From the NCBI GenBank assembly GCA_049323275.1, contig JBMOOM010000058.1:11177-75176 (forward strand): a stretch of 64,000 bases of DNA, read 5' to 3'. How positions within the stretch are numbered: the first letter of the stretch is position 1; each line of letters starts with the position of its first letter. Origin of the DNA: Pseudomonadota bacterium (GTDB lineage: Bacteria; Pseudomonadota; Alphaproteobacteria; Rhizobiales; Aestuariivirgaceae). The notes beneath the pieces are model-generated. The model ran no database searches, was not told the DNA's origin, and worked only from the letters and a program-made list of their open reading frames with translations. The position numbers were made by a program, and so were the translations under genes. Of the stretch, positions 55,145-64,000 are shown piece by piece.

Positions 55145-55894
55145 ATGGCAGGTCATTCACAATTCAAGAACATCATGCACCGGAAGGGCAAGCAGGACGC
55201 CATCCGGTCACGGCTGTTTTCCAAGCTCGCCCGCGAAGTGACGGTAGCGGCGAAGACCGGTCTGCCCGACCCCGAGAAGAATCCGCGTCTCCGGCTCGCG
55301 GTGCAGAATGCCCGCGCCGAGAACATGCCCAAGGACAATATCGAGCGCGCCATCAAGAAGGCGCTGGGCGGCGATGCCGACACTTATGAATCGATCCGCT
55401 ATGAGGGCTATGGGCCGGGCGGCGTCGCCATCATCGTCGAGGCGCTCACCGACAACCGCAACCGCGCGGCCAGCAATGTGCGCTCGCTGTTCACCAAATA
55501 TGGCGGCAATCTCGGTGAAACCGGCTCCGTCGCCTTCATGTTCACCCGTATGGGCGAGATCACCTACAAGGCGGCCGCCGGTTCGGCCGATCAGGTGATG
55601 GAAGCCGGCATCGAAGCGGGCGCCGATGATGTGCAGTCGGACGAGAACGGCCATGTCATCCTGTGCGCTTTCGAAAGCACCGGCGAAGTCACGCAGGCGC
55701 TCGCCGCCAAGCTCGGCGACGCCGAGACGGTGAAGGTGGTGTGGAAGCCGCAGACGGTGACGCCGGTCGATGAAGAGACGGCGATGACGCTGATGAAGCT
55801 CATCGACGCGCTCGATGAGGACGACGACGTCCAGAACGTCTTCACCAATTTCGAGGTCTCCGACGAAGTGATGAAGAAGCTCACCGCCGCGTGA
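55145..55894 (+). CDS. yebC: YebC/PmpR family protein
   Basis: [38 protein letters not shown]. Confidence 0.95.
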   Translation: MAGHSQFKNIMHRKGKQDAIRSRLFSKLAREVTVAAKTGLPDPEKNPRLRLAVQNARAENMPKDNIERAIKKALGGDADTYESIRYEGYGPGGVAIIVEALTDNRNRAASNVRSLFTKYGGNLGETGSVAFMFTRMGEITYKAAAGSADQVMEAGIEAGADDVQSDENGHVILCAFESTGEVTQALAAKLGDAETVKVVWKPQTVTPVDEETAMTLMKLIDALDEDDDVQNVFTNFEVSDEVMKKLTAA

Positions 55895-55917
55895 GGCGGC
55901 GGGTGGTTCTTTCCGGG

Positions 55918-56319
55918 CTAATTCCAGTCTTCGATGCGATGTCCGTCGACGCGCTGGAATTCGGCGGTGTTGCCGGCGACGAGCACGAAAATGTGCGCCT
56001 TGGCTTGACCGGCGATCAACACATCATAAGGTCCGATCGGTTTGCCTTTGGCCGCCAAGGCGGCACGTATCTCGCCCGACATTCGTGCGTCTTCGTGGTC
56101 GAACGCGACGAATGGAAAGTCGGCCATCGCCAACCGGAGTGTTTCCAGATTGAACGAAACCTTCGCGCTCGTATAGGCGCCGAAATAGAGTTCGTGGGCA
56201 ACTACCGCTGAGAAGCCGATCGAGCCTTCAGCGCTGGCAAGAACTCGGTTGACCAATGCCGAGGATTTGCGGGTCAAGAGTGTGATGACCGCATTCGTGT
56301 CGAGCAGGTGGGTGATCAC
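55918..56319 (-). CDS. vapC: VapC PIN-domain toxin
   Basis: LLDTNAV, HELYFGA, PIGPYDVLIAGQA, NTAEF; GTG start overlaps the antitoxin stop (GTGA). Confidence 0.85.
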   Translation of the reverse strand: MITHLLDTNAVITLLTRKSSALVNRVLASAEGSIGFSAVVAHELYFGAYTSAKVSFNLETLRLAMADFPFVAFDHEDARMSGEIRAALAAKGKPIGPYDVLIAGQAKAHIFVLVAGNTAEFQRVDGHRIEDWN

Positions 56320-56575
56320 TCAAACAAGTCCTCGAGCTTCGGTCTGTCCTGATCCTTCGGCTGCTGCCGGCCCTTGTTCATGAAGTCGCTGCTGAGGCCG
56401 CGCTCCAGAGCGGCATGTAATGACGACCAAGGCCGGCGATGCTCGGCGCGTGGGCGCAAGATGATCGCGTCCCCCCGCGCGTAATCTCGACCTGATCGAC
56501 GTCAAAGCGATATTCCTTTGGCAAACGCACGGCTTGCGAATTGCCCGACTGAAAAATTCGCGCATAGCGTGGCAT
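56316..56575 (-). pseudogene. vapB: VapB (AbrB/SpoVT) antitoxin with a 1-nt frameshift in a G6 run
   Basis: MPRYARIFQSGNSQAVRLPKEYRFDVDQVEITR, then a shift at 56471-56476 into DAIILRPRAEHRRPWSSLHAALERGLSSDFMNKGRQQPKDQDRPKLEDLFE*; total length 260 nt (3n-1). Confidence 0.85.
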
Positions 56576-56587
56576 CGGCCTCAACTC

Positions 56588-56617
56588 GATATACGTATAT
56601 ACGTTTCTGTATATACG
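56588..56617. promoter_or_regulatory. vapBC operator palindromes
   Basis: ACGTATATACGT (56593-56604) and GTATATAC (56609-56616) just upstream of vapB. Confidence 0.65.
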
Positions 56618-56645
56618 TCTTTCAGGCGCCGTTCGTAGGAGACGA

Positions 56646-57494
56646 CTACTTCAGAAAATCCAGCACGGCCTGATTGAAGAGCTTCGGGTCCTGGAGCATC
56701 GCGAAGTGACTCACACCCGGCAGGATCACCAGCTTGGCCCCGGGAATGGCCTTGGCCATCTCGGCATTATGCTCCTGGCGGATCGCCTCGTCGTGCTCGC
56801 CGTCGGCGATGGCGACGGGCGCTTTGATCTTGGCCAGCTGCTCAGGCTTGTAGTCGGGCTGCGTCGCCCACATCTGGCTGATGGCCGCGACGAAATCATT
56901 ATAGTCCTTGGGCGTCTTCGACAGGCGCTCGTAATCCTTGCCGGCATTCTCGATGTATTTCGAGAAGGTCGGGTCCTTGTCGACATTGGGCTTGAGCCCC
57001 GCGACATTCGTGTTGGCGCCGAAGGCGAAGAGCCGGTCGAGACGGTCCGGATAATTCATCGCGATGTCGAGGCCGATGATGCCGCCGTCGCTCCAGCCGA
57101 CGATCGAGGCCTTGTCGATTTTCAGATGGTCCATCAGGCCGATGACGTCCTTGGCCATCAGGCCGTAGCTGTAAGGATCGGCATTGCGGGTCGACTGGCC
57201 GTGGCCGCGGCTGTCCATGGCGATGACGCGGTATTGCTTGGCGAGCTCCGGCACCTGGCCGCCGAAATACTCCATATTGCCGAGACCGCCATGCAGCAGG
57301 ATGAGCGGCGAGCCGTCGCCCCAGACGGCGTAATGGACGGTGATGCCGTTGATCGGCACGTCGCCGCTTTCGGTGGCGGCCGGCAATGGTTGCGGCGCGG
57401 GCAGGTTCTTCCACAGCTCCTCGGCCCTGGCGGGCAGAAGGGCGAAGAAGCCGGCGAGGATCACGAGCGCGAAGGTCGACAGAAATCTGCGCAT
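56646..57494 (-). CDS. Exported alpha/beta hydrolase
   Basis: Signal peptide; LLHGGLG, DSRGHGQS, nucleophile elbow GWSDGG, DGEHD, VSHF. Confidence 0.9.
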   Translation of the reverse strand: MRRFLSTFALVILAGFFALLPARAEELWKNLPAPQPLPAATESGDVPINGITVHYAVWGDGSPLILLHGGLGNMEYFGGQVPELAKQYRVIAMDSRGHGQSTRNADPYSYGLMAKDVIGLMDHLKIDKASIVGWSDGGIIGLDIAMNYPDRLDRLFAFGANTNVAGLKPNVDKDPTFSKYIENAGKDYERLSKTPKDYNDFVAAISQMWATQPDYKPEQLAKIKAPVAIADGEHDEAIRQEHNAEMAKAIPGAKLVILPGVSHFAMLQDPKLFNQAVLDFLK

Positions 57495-57528
57495 GGCACG
57501 TTCCCTTGAAGCTGCGGACTTTATCGTT

Positions 57529-57578
57529 GGCGCGTGATCGGACGGAAAACCGGCATCCACTTTTCCTGATCACGCGCT
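57529..57578 (+). repeat. RIME-like palindromic repeat (B unit alone)
   Basis: GGCGCGTGATCGGACGGAAAACCGGCATCCACTTTTCCTGATCACGCGCT. Confidence 0.85.
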
Positions 57579-57603
57579 GGCAAAGAATGCTATGCCCCGG
57601 CCC

Positions 57604-58119
57604 ATGGCCCTGTCCACTGTTCGAATCATCGGCATCGATCCCGGCCTCAGGCGCACCGGCTGGGGGCTGATCGTCTGCGAGGGCTCCAGGCTTTCCCATG
57701 TCGCCGACGGCGTGCTCACCAGTGATCAGACGCTGACGCTGGCCGAGCGCCTGGTGCAGCTCAAGGTGCAACTCGCCGAGGTGGTGGCGGAATGGCAGCC
57801 CGACGAGGCGGCGGTCGAGGAGACCTTCGTCAATACCGATCCGCGCGCCACGCTGAAGCTCGGCCAGGCGCGCGGCATCGCGCTTCTGGTGCCGGCTGAA
57901 GCGGGCATTCCGGTCGCCGAATACGCGCCCAACCAGATCAAGAAGACCGTGGTCGGCGCCGGCCATGCCGAAAAGGAGCAGATCCACCATATGGTGAAGG
58001 TCCTGCTGCCGCGGGCCCAGCCCAAATCGGCGGATGCGGCGGACGCCCTGGCGATCGCCATCTGCCACGCCCATCATCGTGGCGCGCAGAATCTGGCCAA
58101 GCGGCTGGCGCGTTCTTGA
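57604..58119 (+). CDS. ruvC: Holliday junction resolvase RuvC
   Basis: [34 protein letters not shown]. Confidence 0.96.
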   Translation: MALSTVRIIGIDPGLRRTGWGLIVCEGSRLSHVADGVLTSDQTLTLAERLVQLKVQLAEVVAEWQPDEAAVEETFVNTDPRATLKLGQARGIALLVPAEAGIPVAEYAPNQIKKTVVGAGHAEKEQIHHMVKVLLPRAQPKSADAADALAIAICHAHHRGAQNLAKRLARS

Positions 58120-58162
58120 CTTGTTCCAAAAATTACGCTAGTTTGTAGGAACGTTTCTACAA
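58116..58162 (+). promoter_or_regulatory. Internal sigma70 promoter plus operator of the TA pair
   Basis: TTGACT(58116-58121)-N17-TAGTTT(58139-58144); palindrome TTGTAGGAACGTTTCTACAA (58143-58162). Confidence 0.75.
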
Positions 58163-58185
58163 TTGCCTCCGATGGAGGAATAGCC

Positions 58186-58443
58186 ATGACCATCACGACG
58201 CTGACCAGCCGCGAATTCAACCAGGATACGAGCCGGGCCAAGAAAGCGGCCCAGAAGGGGCCCGTATTCATCACCGACCGTGGCAAGCCCGCCCATGTCC
58301 TGCTCAGCATCGAGGAATATCGGCGACTGTCCAGCAAAGGACGCAGCATCGTCGATATGCTGGCCATGCCGCCTGGAACAGAGGATGTCGAGCTTGAGAT
58401 TCCGCCGATGCGCGACCTTGCGCGGCCTGCGGATTTCGACTGA
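58186..58443 (+). CDS. Phd/YefM family antitoxin
   Basis: TLTSREFNQDTSRAKKAAQKGPVFITDRGKPAHVLLSIEEY. Confidence 0.92.
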   Translation: MTITTLTSREFNQDTSRAKKAAQKGPVFITDRGKPAHVLLSIEEYRRLSSKGRSIVDMLAMPPGTEDVELEIPPMRDLARPADFD

Positions 58444-58868
58444 TGTTTCTCGTCGACACGAATGTCATTTCCGAGCTGCGCAAAGCCAAATGGGGAAAGG
58501 CAGCCCGCAATGTGGTGGCATGGGCAAAGGCCGTTCCGGTCGAGAACCTCTTCACGTCCGTCGTGGTCATCCAGGAGCTGGAAATCGGCGCGCTCCGCGC
58601 TGCCCGACGTGATCCCGCTCAGGGAGCTGCATTGCGCGCCTGGTTGGACGATCAGATAGTGCCGAGTTTTTCCGAGCGCATCCTGCCGATCGACATAGCC
58701 GTCGCTCGTCGTGGCGCCATGCTTCATGTGCCGGATCCGCGCCCCATCCGCGATAGTTTCATTGCCGCCACGGCGCTCGTCCATGGCATGACCGTCGTCA
58801 CGCGCAACGTCGCGGATTTCGCCTCGACCGGTGTCGCGCTCGTCAATCCCTGGGATCACGCTTCATGA
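58443..58868 (+). CDS. PIN-domain (VapC-type) toxin
   Basis: [42 protein letters not shown]. Confidence 0.92.
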   Translation: MFLVDTNVISELRKAKWGKAARNVVAWAKAVPVENLFTSVVVIQELEIGALRAARRDPAQGAALRAWLDDQIVPSFSERILPIDIAVARRGAMLHVPDPRPIRDSFIAATALVHGMTVVTRNVADFASTGVALVNPWDHAS

Positions 58869-59482
58869 TCAGCAAGCTCAAAGGCCGCATCGACGCCTAT
58901 GGCCCGGACTGGGTCATCATCGACGTGAACGGCGTCGGCTATCACTGCTTCTGCTCGGCCAAGACGCTCTCCGCGCTGCCGCCCGCCGGCGAGTTCGGCG
59001 AGCTCTTCACCGAGATGCTGGTGAGCCAGGACATGATCCGCCTCGTCGGCTTCGCCACGCAAGGCGAGCGTGAATGGTTCAGGCTGCTGCAGACGGTGCA
59101 GGGAGTCGGCACCAAAGTGGCGCTGGCGCTGCTCTCGACGCTGTCGACCGCGGAGCTCGCGCAGGCCATCGCGCTCCAGGACAAGGCGATGGTAGCGCGT
59201 GCGCCGGGTGTCGGGCCCAAGGTGGCGCAGCGGATCGTCAGTGAGCTGAAGGACAAGGCGCCGGCCTTCGCGCCCGCCGACCCGGCGCTGGCGAAATTGC
59301 AGGCCGAGATCGGCGGGCCGAAACCCACGGCTGCGTCCGACGCGGTCTCGGCGCTGGTCAATCTGGGCTATGGCCAGACGCAGGCGGGCGCCGCGGTGAG
59401 CGCTGCCATGCGCAAGGCCGGCGACGACGCGGCGACCGAGCAACTGATCCGCCTCGCGCTCAAGGAGCTGGCCCTGGCATGA
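58865..59482 (+). CDS. ruvA: Holliday junction branch migration protein RuvA
   Basis: [42 protein letters not shown]. Confidence 0.96.
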   Translation: MISKLKGRIDAYGPDWVIIDVNGVGYHCFCSAKTLSALPPAGEFGELFTEMLVSQDMIRLVGFATQGEREWFRLLQTVQGVGTKVALALLSTLSTAELAQAIALQDKAMVARAPGVGPKVAQRIVSELKDKAPAFAPADPALAKLQAEIGGPKPTAASDAVSALVNLGYGQTQAGAAVSAAMRKAGDDAATEQLIRLALKELALA

Positions 59483-59906
59483 GTGAGCTTGCTGCATCTG
59501 GTTTTCCGCGCTGGCTGAAGCTGGTCATGACGGTTGTCCTGACTGTCGTCGTAGGGCCACTGATCGGCACGATCGTTGTGTTGCTCGCCAATACCGTCGG
59601 CCTCGTGCCGGACGCAATCGCGATGTACATGCAAGGTCAGCCGATGATGTCGTTGCTGTTCTCGGGATATTTATCGGGCGGCGTGCAGGCGTTCATCTGC
59701 GGCGTGGTCTACGCGCTTTCCGGCTGGTCCTCCGGCAGATTGCCGGTATGGGTACCAGTTGTAACGGCGCTGATACTGACCTTGCTCTTCGCGCTGGCGC
59801 TTTTTGGCGTGTCAGGCGGCGGCATAATCTTTAGTGTAATCATTCATATCGTGCCGGCGCTCGTCACCTGGTGGCTGGTGAAGGCTTATTGGCAGAAAGC
59901 AGGGAC

Positions 59907-59910
<4 letters not shown>
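59479..59910 (+). CDS. Hypothetical 4-TM membrane protein between ruvA and ruvB
   Basis: Four hydrophobic segments; ATGA overlaps at both ends; visibly more A/T-ending codons than its neighbours. Confidence 0.72.
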
Positions 59911-60951
<1,041 letters not shown>

Positions 60952-60959
<8 letters not shown>

Positions 60960-61395
60960 GTGGCCGGATCTCGCCGGGCGCATCGACGGCAACCGGCATG
61001 TCCTGCCGGTGCGCGTCTATTACGAGGACACGGATTTCTCGGGCGCCGTCTATCACGCCAATTATCTCAAATTCTGCGAGCGCGGCCGCTCCGATTGCCT
61101 GCGGCTCGTCGGCATCCATCACCACGAGATGCACTGGCATGAAACCCACGGTCGCATGGGCTTCGTGGTGCGCCGCATGGTTTGCGATTTTCTGAAGCCC
61201 GCCCGGATCGACGACCTGCTGGAGGTCGAGACACGGTTCCGCGAGATGGGCGGGGCCCGCATGGAACTCGACCAGAAGGTTCTGAGGGCCGGAGAAACTC
61301 TGTTTTCAGCCGAAGTGACGGTCGCGCTCGTCGATGCGGCGGGCCGGCCGAAGCGCTTCCCCAAGGACATGGCGGCGGCGCTCAAGACGTTCTGA
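60952..61395 (+). CDS. ybgC: Tol-pal associated acyl-CoA thioesterase
   Basis: [27 protein letters not shown]. Confidence 0.94.
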
Positions 61396-61427
61396 CGCAA
61401 CCCCTTGTCCCAGCGGAACCCGCTTTC

Positions 61428-61443
61428 GTAACCATAACTTAAC
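61428..61443. promoter_or_regulatory. Near-consensus CtrA box upstream of tolQ
   Basis: GTAAccataacTTAAC (one mismatch). Confidence 0.5.
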
Positions 61444-61606
61444 CATAGCTTGCTGTTCTCTCTACCGGCCGATATGCGGTTTCGGCGGCAAAAAGCCCGC
61501 TACGCCGCAGTTTGGACAGATTTAACCTTATCTACCTCGCTCGCTTCACCGGAAGCCTGGGCGGGGATGTGGATTCGAGTGCCGGCGGTGGGAAAGAAAG
61601 CAAAGC

Positions 61607-62317
61607 ATGGAAGTTGAGACGGTACAGAACGTGGCGCAGGGGGCGGGGCAGCTCTCCCTCTGGCATCTGATCTGGAATGCGGGCTTCGTGGTCCAGCTGG
61701 TCATGCTCGGCCTCGCCGCGGCGTCGGTGTGGTCCTGGGCGATCATCTTCGAAAAATTCTTCGTCTATCGTCGCACCCAGGCGCAGAGCGAGCAGTTCGA
61801 GCAGAATTTCTGGTCGGGTCAGTCGCTCGAGGATCTCTATATGGCGCTCGGCTCGCGCAACAATAGCGGGCTCGCGGCGATCTTCATGGCGGCGATGCGC
61901 GAATGGAAGCGCAGCCAGGGAGCAGCCTCCCGGGCCGGCTTCCAGGGCGTCCAGAAACGCATCGAGAAGGTGATGGATGTCCAGATCCAGAAGGAGATGG
62001 GCTATATCGAATCGAGGCTTTTGTTCCTGGCGACGGTCGGGTCCGCCACCCCGTTCATCGGCCTGTTCGGCACCGTCTGGGGCATCATGACCAGCTTCCA
62101 GGCCATCGCCAATTCGCAGAACACCAATCTGGCGGTGGTCGCCCCCGGCATCGCCGAGGCGCTGATCGCGACCGCCCTCGGCCTCCTTGCTGCCATACCG
62201 GCGACAATCTTCTACAATAAGTTCGCCGCCGACGCATCGAAGATCGGGGCCAGACTGGAGAATTTCGCTGACGAATTTTCCGCGATCATCTCGCGGCAGC
62301 TGGACGAGCGGGTGTAA
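61607..62317 (+). CDS. tolQ: TolQ
   Basis: SVWSWAII, LATVGSATPFIGLFGTVWGIM, APGIAEALIATA. Confidence 0.96.
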   Translation: MEVETVQNVAQGAGQLSLWHLIWNAGFVVQLVMLGLAAASVWSWAIIFEKFFVYRRTQAQSEQFEQNFWSGQSLEDLYMALGSRNNSGLAAIFMAAMREWKRSQGAASRAGFQGVQKRIEKVMDVQIQKEMGYIESRLLFLATVGSATPFIGLFGTVWGIMTSFQAIANSQNTNLAVVAPGIAEALIATALGLLAAIPATIFYNKFAADASKIGARLENFADEFSAIISRQLDERV

Positions 62318-62320
62318 AGC

Positions 62321-62812
62321 ATGGGTGCTTCGGCAGGCGGTACGAGTGGCGGATATACGAGGCGCGGCAGCCGCCGGCGCTCGTCCTTCTCGGCCATGAG
62401 CGAAATCAACGTGACGCCGCTCGTCGACGTCATGCTGGTGCTGCTCATCGTGTTCATGGTGGCGGCTCCCCTGATGACGGTCGGCGTGCCGGTCGACCTG
62501 CCGCAGACCAAGGCCAAGCCGATGCAGGGCGATACCGAGCCGATCACCGTTTCAGTCGACGCGGAAGGCAAGATCTTCCTGCAGGAAACCCAGATCGACC
62601 AGGAGACGCTGGTCGCCAAGCTCGAGGCGATCGCCAAGAACGGCTATGAGGAGCGCATCTTCGTGCGCGCCGACACCAATGTGAATTACGGCCTGGTGAT
62701 GAAGGTCATGGGCGATCTCAATGGCGCCGGCTTCAAGAAGATCGGCCTCGTGACGTCCTCGGAGACGGTCGCGCCCGACAAGGGCAAATCCCAGAAGAAG
62801 GCGCAGAAATAG
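62321..62812 (+). CDS. tolR: TolR
   Basis: SEINVTPLVDVMLVLLIVFMV, VPVDLP, VRAD...YGLVMKVM. Confidence 0.95.
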   Translation: MGASAGGTSGGYTRRGSRRRSSFSAMSEINVTPLVDVMLVLLIVFMVAAPLMTVGVPVDLPQTKAKPMQGDTEPITVSVDAEGKIFLQETQIDQETLVAKLEAIAKNGYEERIFVRADTNVNYGLVMKVMGDLNGAGFKKIGLVTSSETVAPDKGKSQKKAQK

Positions 62813-62815
62813 AGC

Positions 62816-63751
62816 ATGCGGCGCAGCCTCACGATATCGCTTCTGGCGCATGCGGCGATCCTCGCCGCGGCCTTTGTCGTGTTGCCCAACCCGCAAGAGT
62901 TCAAAGTCGACGATCAGGATGCGATCCCGGTCGACATCGTCTCGATCGAAGATCTCGGCAAGCGCCAGGCGACGGTGAAGACACCCGAGAAGCCGGCTGA
63001 GAAGGTGGCGCCGAAGCCTGTCGACGTGATGAAGCAGGTGAAGCCGGCGCCGGAAGTGGCGCCCGAGGTGAAGACGGCGGCCAAGGAAGCTTCAGCTCCG
63101 CCGGAGCCCAAGCCGGAACCGAAGAAAGAAGAGCCCAAGAAGGAAGAACCGAAGCCTGCGCCGAAGCCGGAAGAGCTTGCCGAGCTGATCAAGAAGACGG
63201 ATGAGCCGGAGCCCGAAAAGAAGAAGGAAGAGCCGAAGAAGGCGGAAGTGAAGCCGCAGAAGCCGGTCGAGAAGCCGCCGGAGAAAAAGCCCGAGAAAAA
63301 GCTGAAGCCGAAGAAAGAGTTCAACCCGGACGACATTGCGGCCTTCCTCAACAAGACCGACGACAAGCGCACCGCACCGCTCAAGCAGCAGACCGAGACC
63401 GGTACGCCGAAGCAGGGCGAATACAATCTGTCAGGCATCGATGACGGCGTTGCCGCGACATTGCGCGATGCGCTGAGCCAACATCTGGAGAAATGTTGGG
63501 ATATCCCGCCGGGCGCGCGCGAGGCGTCCGTCGTGGTGAAAGTTCATTTCTTCCTCAATTCCGACGGCACGGTCAACGGCATGCCCAATGTCGTGAACGG
63601 CACCTCGGACCCGCTCTTCACCGTCACCGCGCAATCGGCCGTTTCGGCAGTCATGAGCTGTCAGGCCTATGATTTCCTGCCTCAGGATAAGTACGACATG
63701 TGGCGGGAGATCACTTTCACCTTCAATCCGAACCAGATGTTCCCGAGCTAG
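62816..63751 (+). CDS. tolA: TolA-like cell envelope protein
   Basis: N-terminal TM with SLLAH, K/E/P-rich linker, TonB-C-like CWDIP domain; lies between tolR and tolB. Confidence 0.85.
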   Translation: MRRSLTISLLAHAAILAAAFVVLPNPQEFKVDDQDAIPVDIVSIEDLGKRQATVKTPEKPAEKVAPKPVDVMKQVKPAPEVAPEVKTAAKEASAPPEPKPEPKKEEPKKEEPKPAPKPEELAELIKKTDEPEPEKKKEEPKKAEVKPQKPVEKPPEKKPEKKLKPKKEFNPDDIAAFLNKTDDKRTAPLKQQTETGTPKQGEYNLSGIDDGVAATLRDALSQHLEKCWDIPPGAREASVVVKVHFFLNSDGTVNGMPNVVNGTSDPLFTVTAQSAVSAVMSCQAYDFLPQDKYDMWREITFTFNPNQMFPS

Positions 63752-63761
63752 ATGAGGCGGC

Positions 63762-64000
63762 ATGACTTCGATGCGTATGATTGATGGACGATTCTTTGCG
63801 GGCGCGGTCACGCTGTTCATGTTGCTTGCGCTGGCGGCGACAGCGCGCGCGCAGGGCCTCGATGTCGATATCAATAAGGGCCAGATCGATCCCTTGCCGA
63901 TCGCCATCACCGCGTTCGTCGGTACGTCGCAGGAAAGCGCCCAGGCCGGCGCCGACATCGCCGGCGTGATCGCCAACAATCTCGGCCGCTCGGGTTACTT
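63762..64000 (+). CDS. tolB: TolB N-terminus, truncated by the window edge
   Basis: Hand translation: MTSMRMIDGRFFAGAVTLFMLLALAATARAQGLDVDINKGQIDPLPIAITAF...IAGVIANNLGRSGY. Confidence 0.88.
   Translation, partial: MTSMRMIDGRFFAGAVTLFMLLALAATARAQGLDVDINKGQIDPLPIAITAFVGTSQESAQAGADIAGVIANNLGRSGY

Noticed and set aside
63000-63330. KKEEPK-type tandem repeats
   Set aside because: Normal low-complexity linker of TolA

Overview
GC-rich chromosomal segment of an alphaproteobacterium, with gene order typical of Hyphomicrobiales/Rhizobiales. The housekeeping backbone comprises a DUF882 peptidase, L,D-transpeptidase, tacA-like sigma54 activator, pepF, ABC1 kinase, pntAB, a MotA/MotB-like pair, rpmE, rcdA, trcR (DUF1013), prpE, suhB, rpsU, purKE, fba-pgk-tkt (gap missing), zapA, 6S RNA, ygfA, ymdB, yebC, ruvCAB and the start of tol-pal. 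Several accessory insertions interrupt it. The most notable is a complete Ni-dependent heteromeric ureohydrolase locus at about 39.5-45.6 kb: TetR-hypB-hypA-alpha-beta, with a divergent small membrane protein and NCS1 permease, and three TTGACA-N4-TGTCAA-type operators. It closely resembles the metformin hydrolase (MfmAB/MefH) cluster, but its substrate loop (G287-S288-T289-S290) looks like that of the ancestral dimethylguanidine hydrolase, and no mobile element flanks it. Other highlights are two VapBC-type toxin-antitoxin loci around ruvC (one with a frameshifted antitoxin, one fused into the ruvC-ruvA-ruvB operon with its own promoter), a secreted VRDHR-repeat protein, several CtrA boxes (one pair in front of an unknown gene), an intergenic sRNA beside rcdA, and RIME-like palindromic repeats that supply stop codons. 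No tRNA, rRNA, CRISPR, integrase or transposase was seen. Family assignments come from motif recognition and recall, not from database searches.
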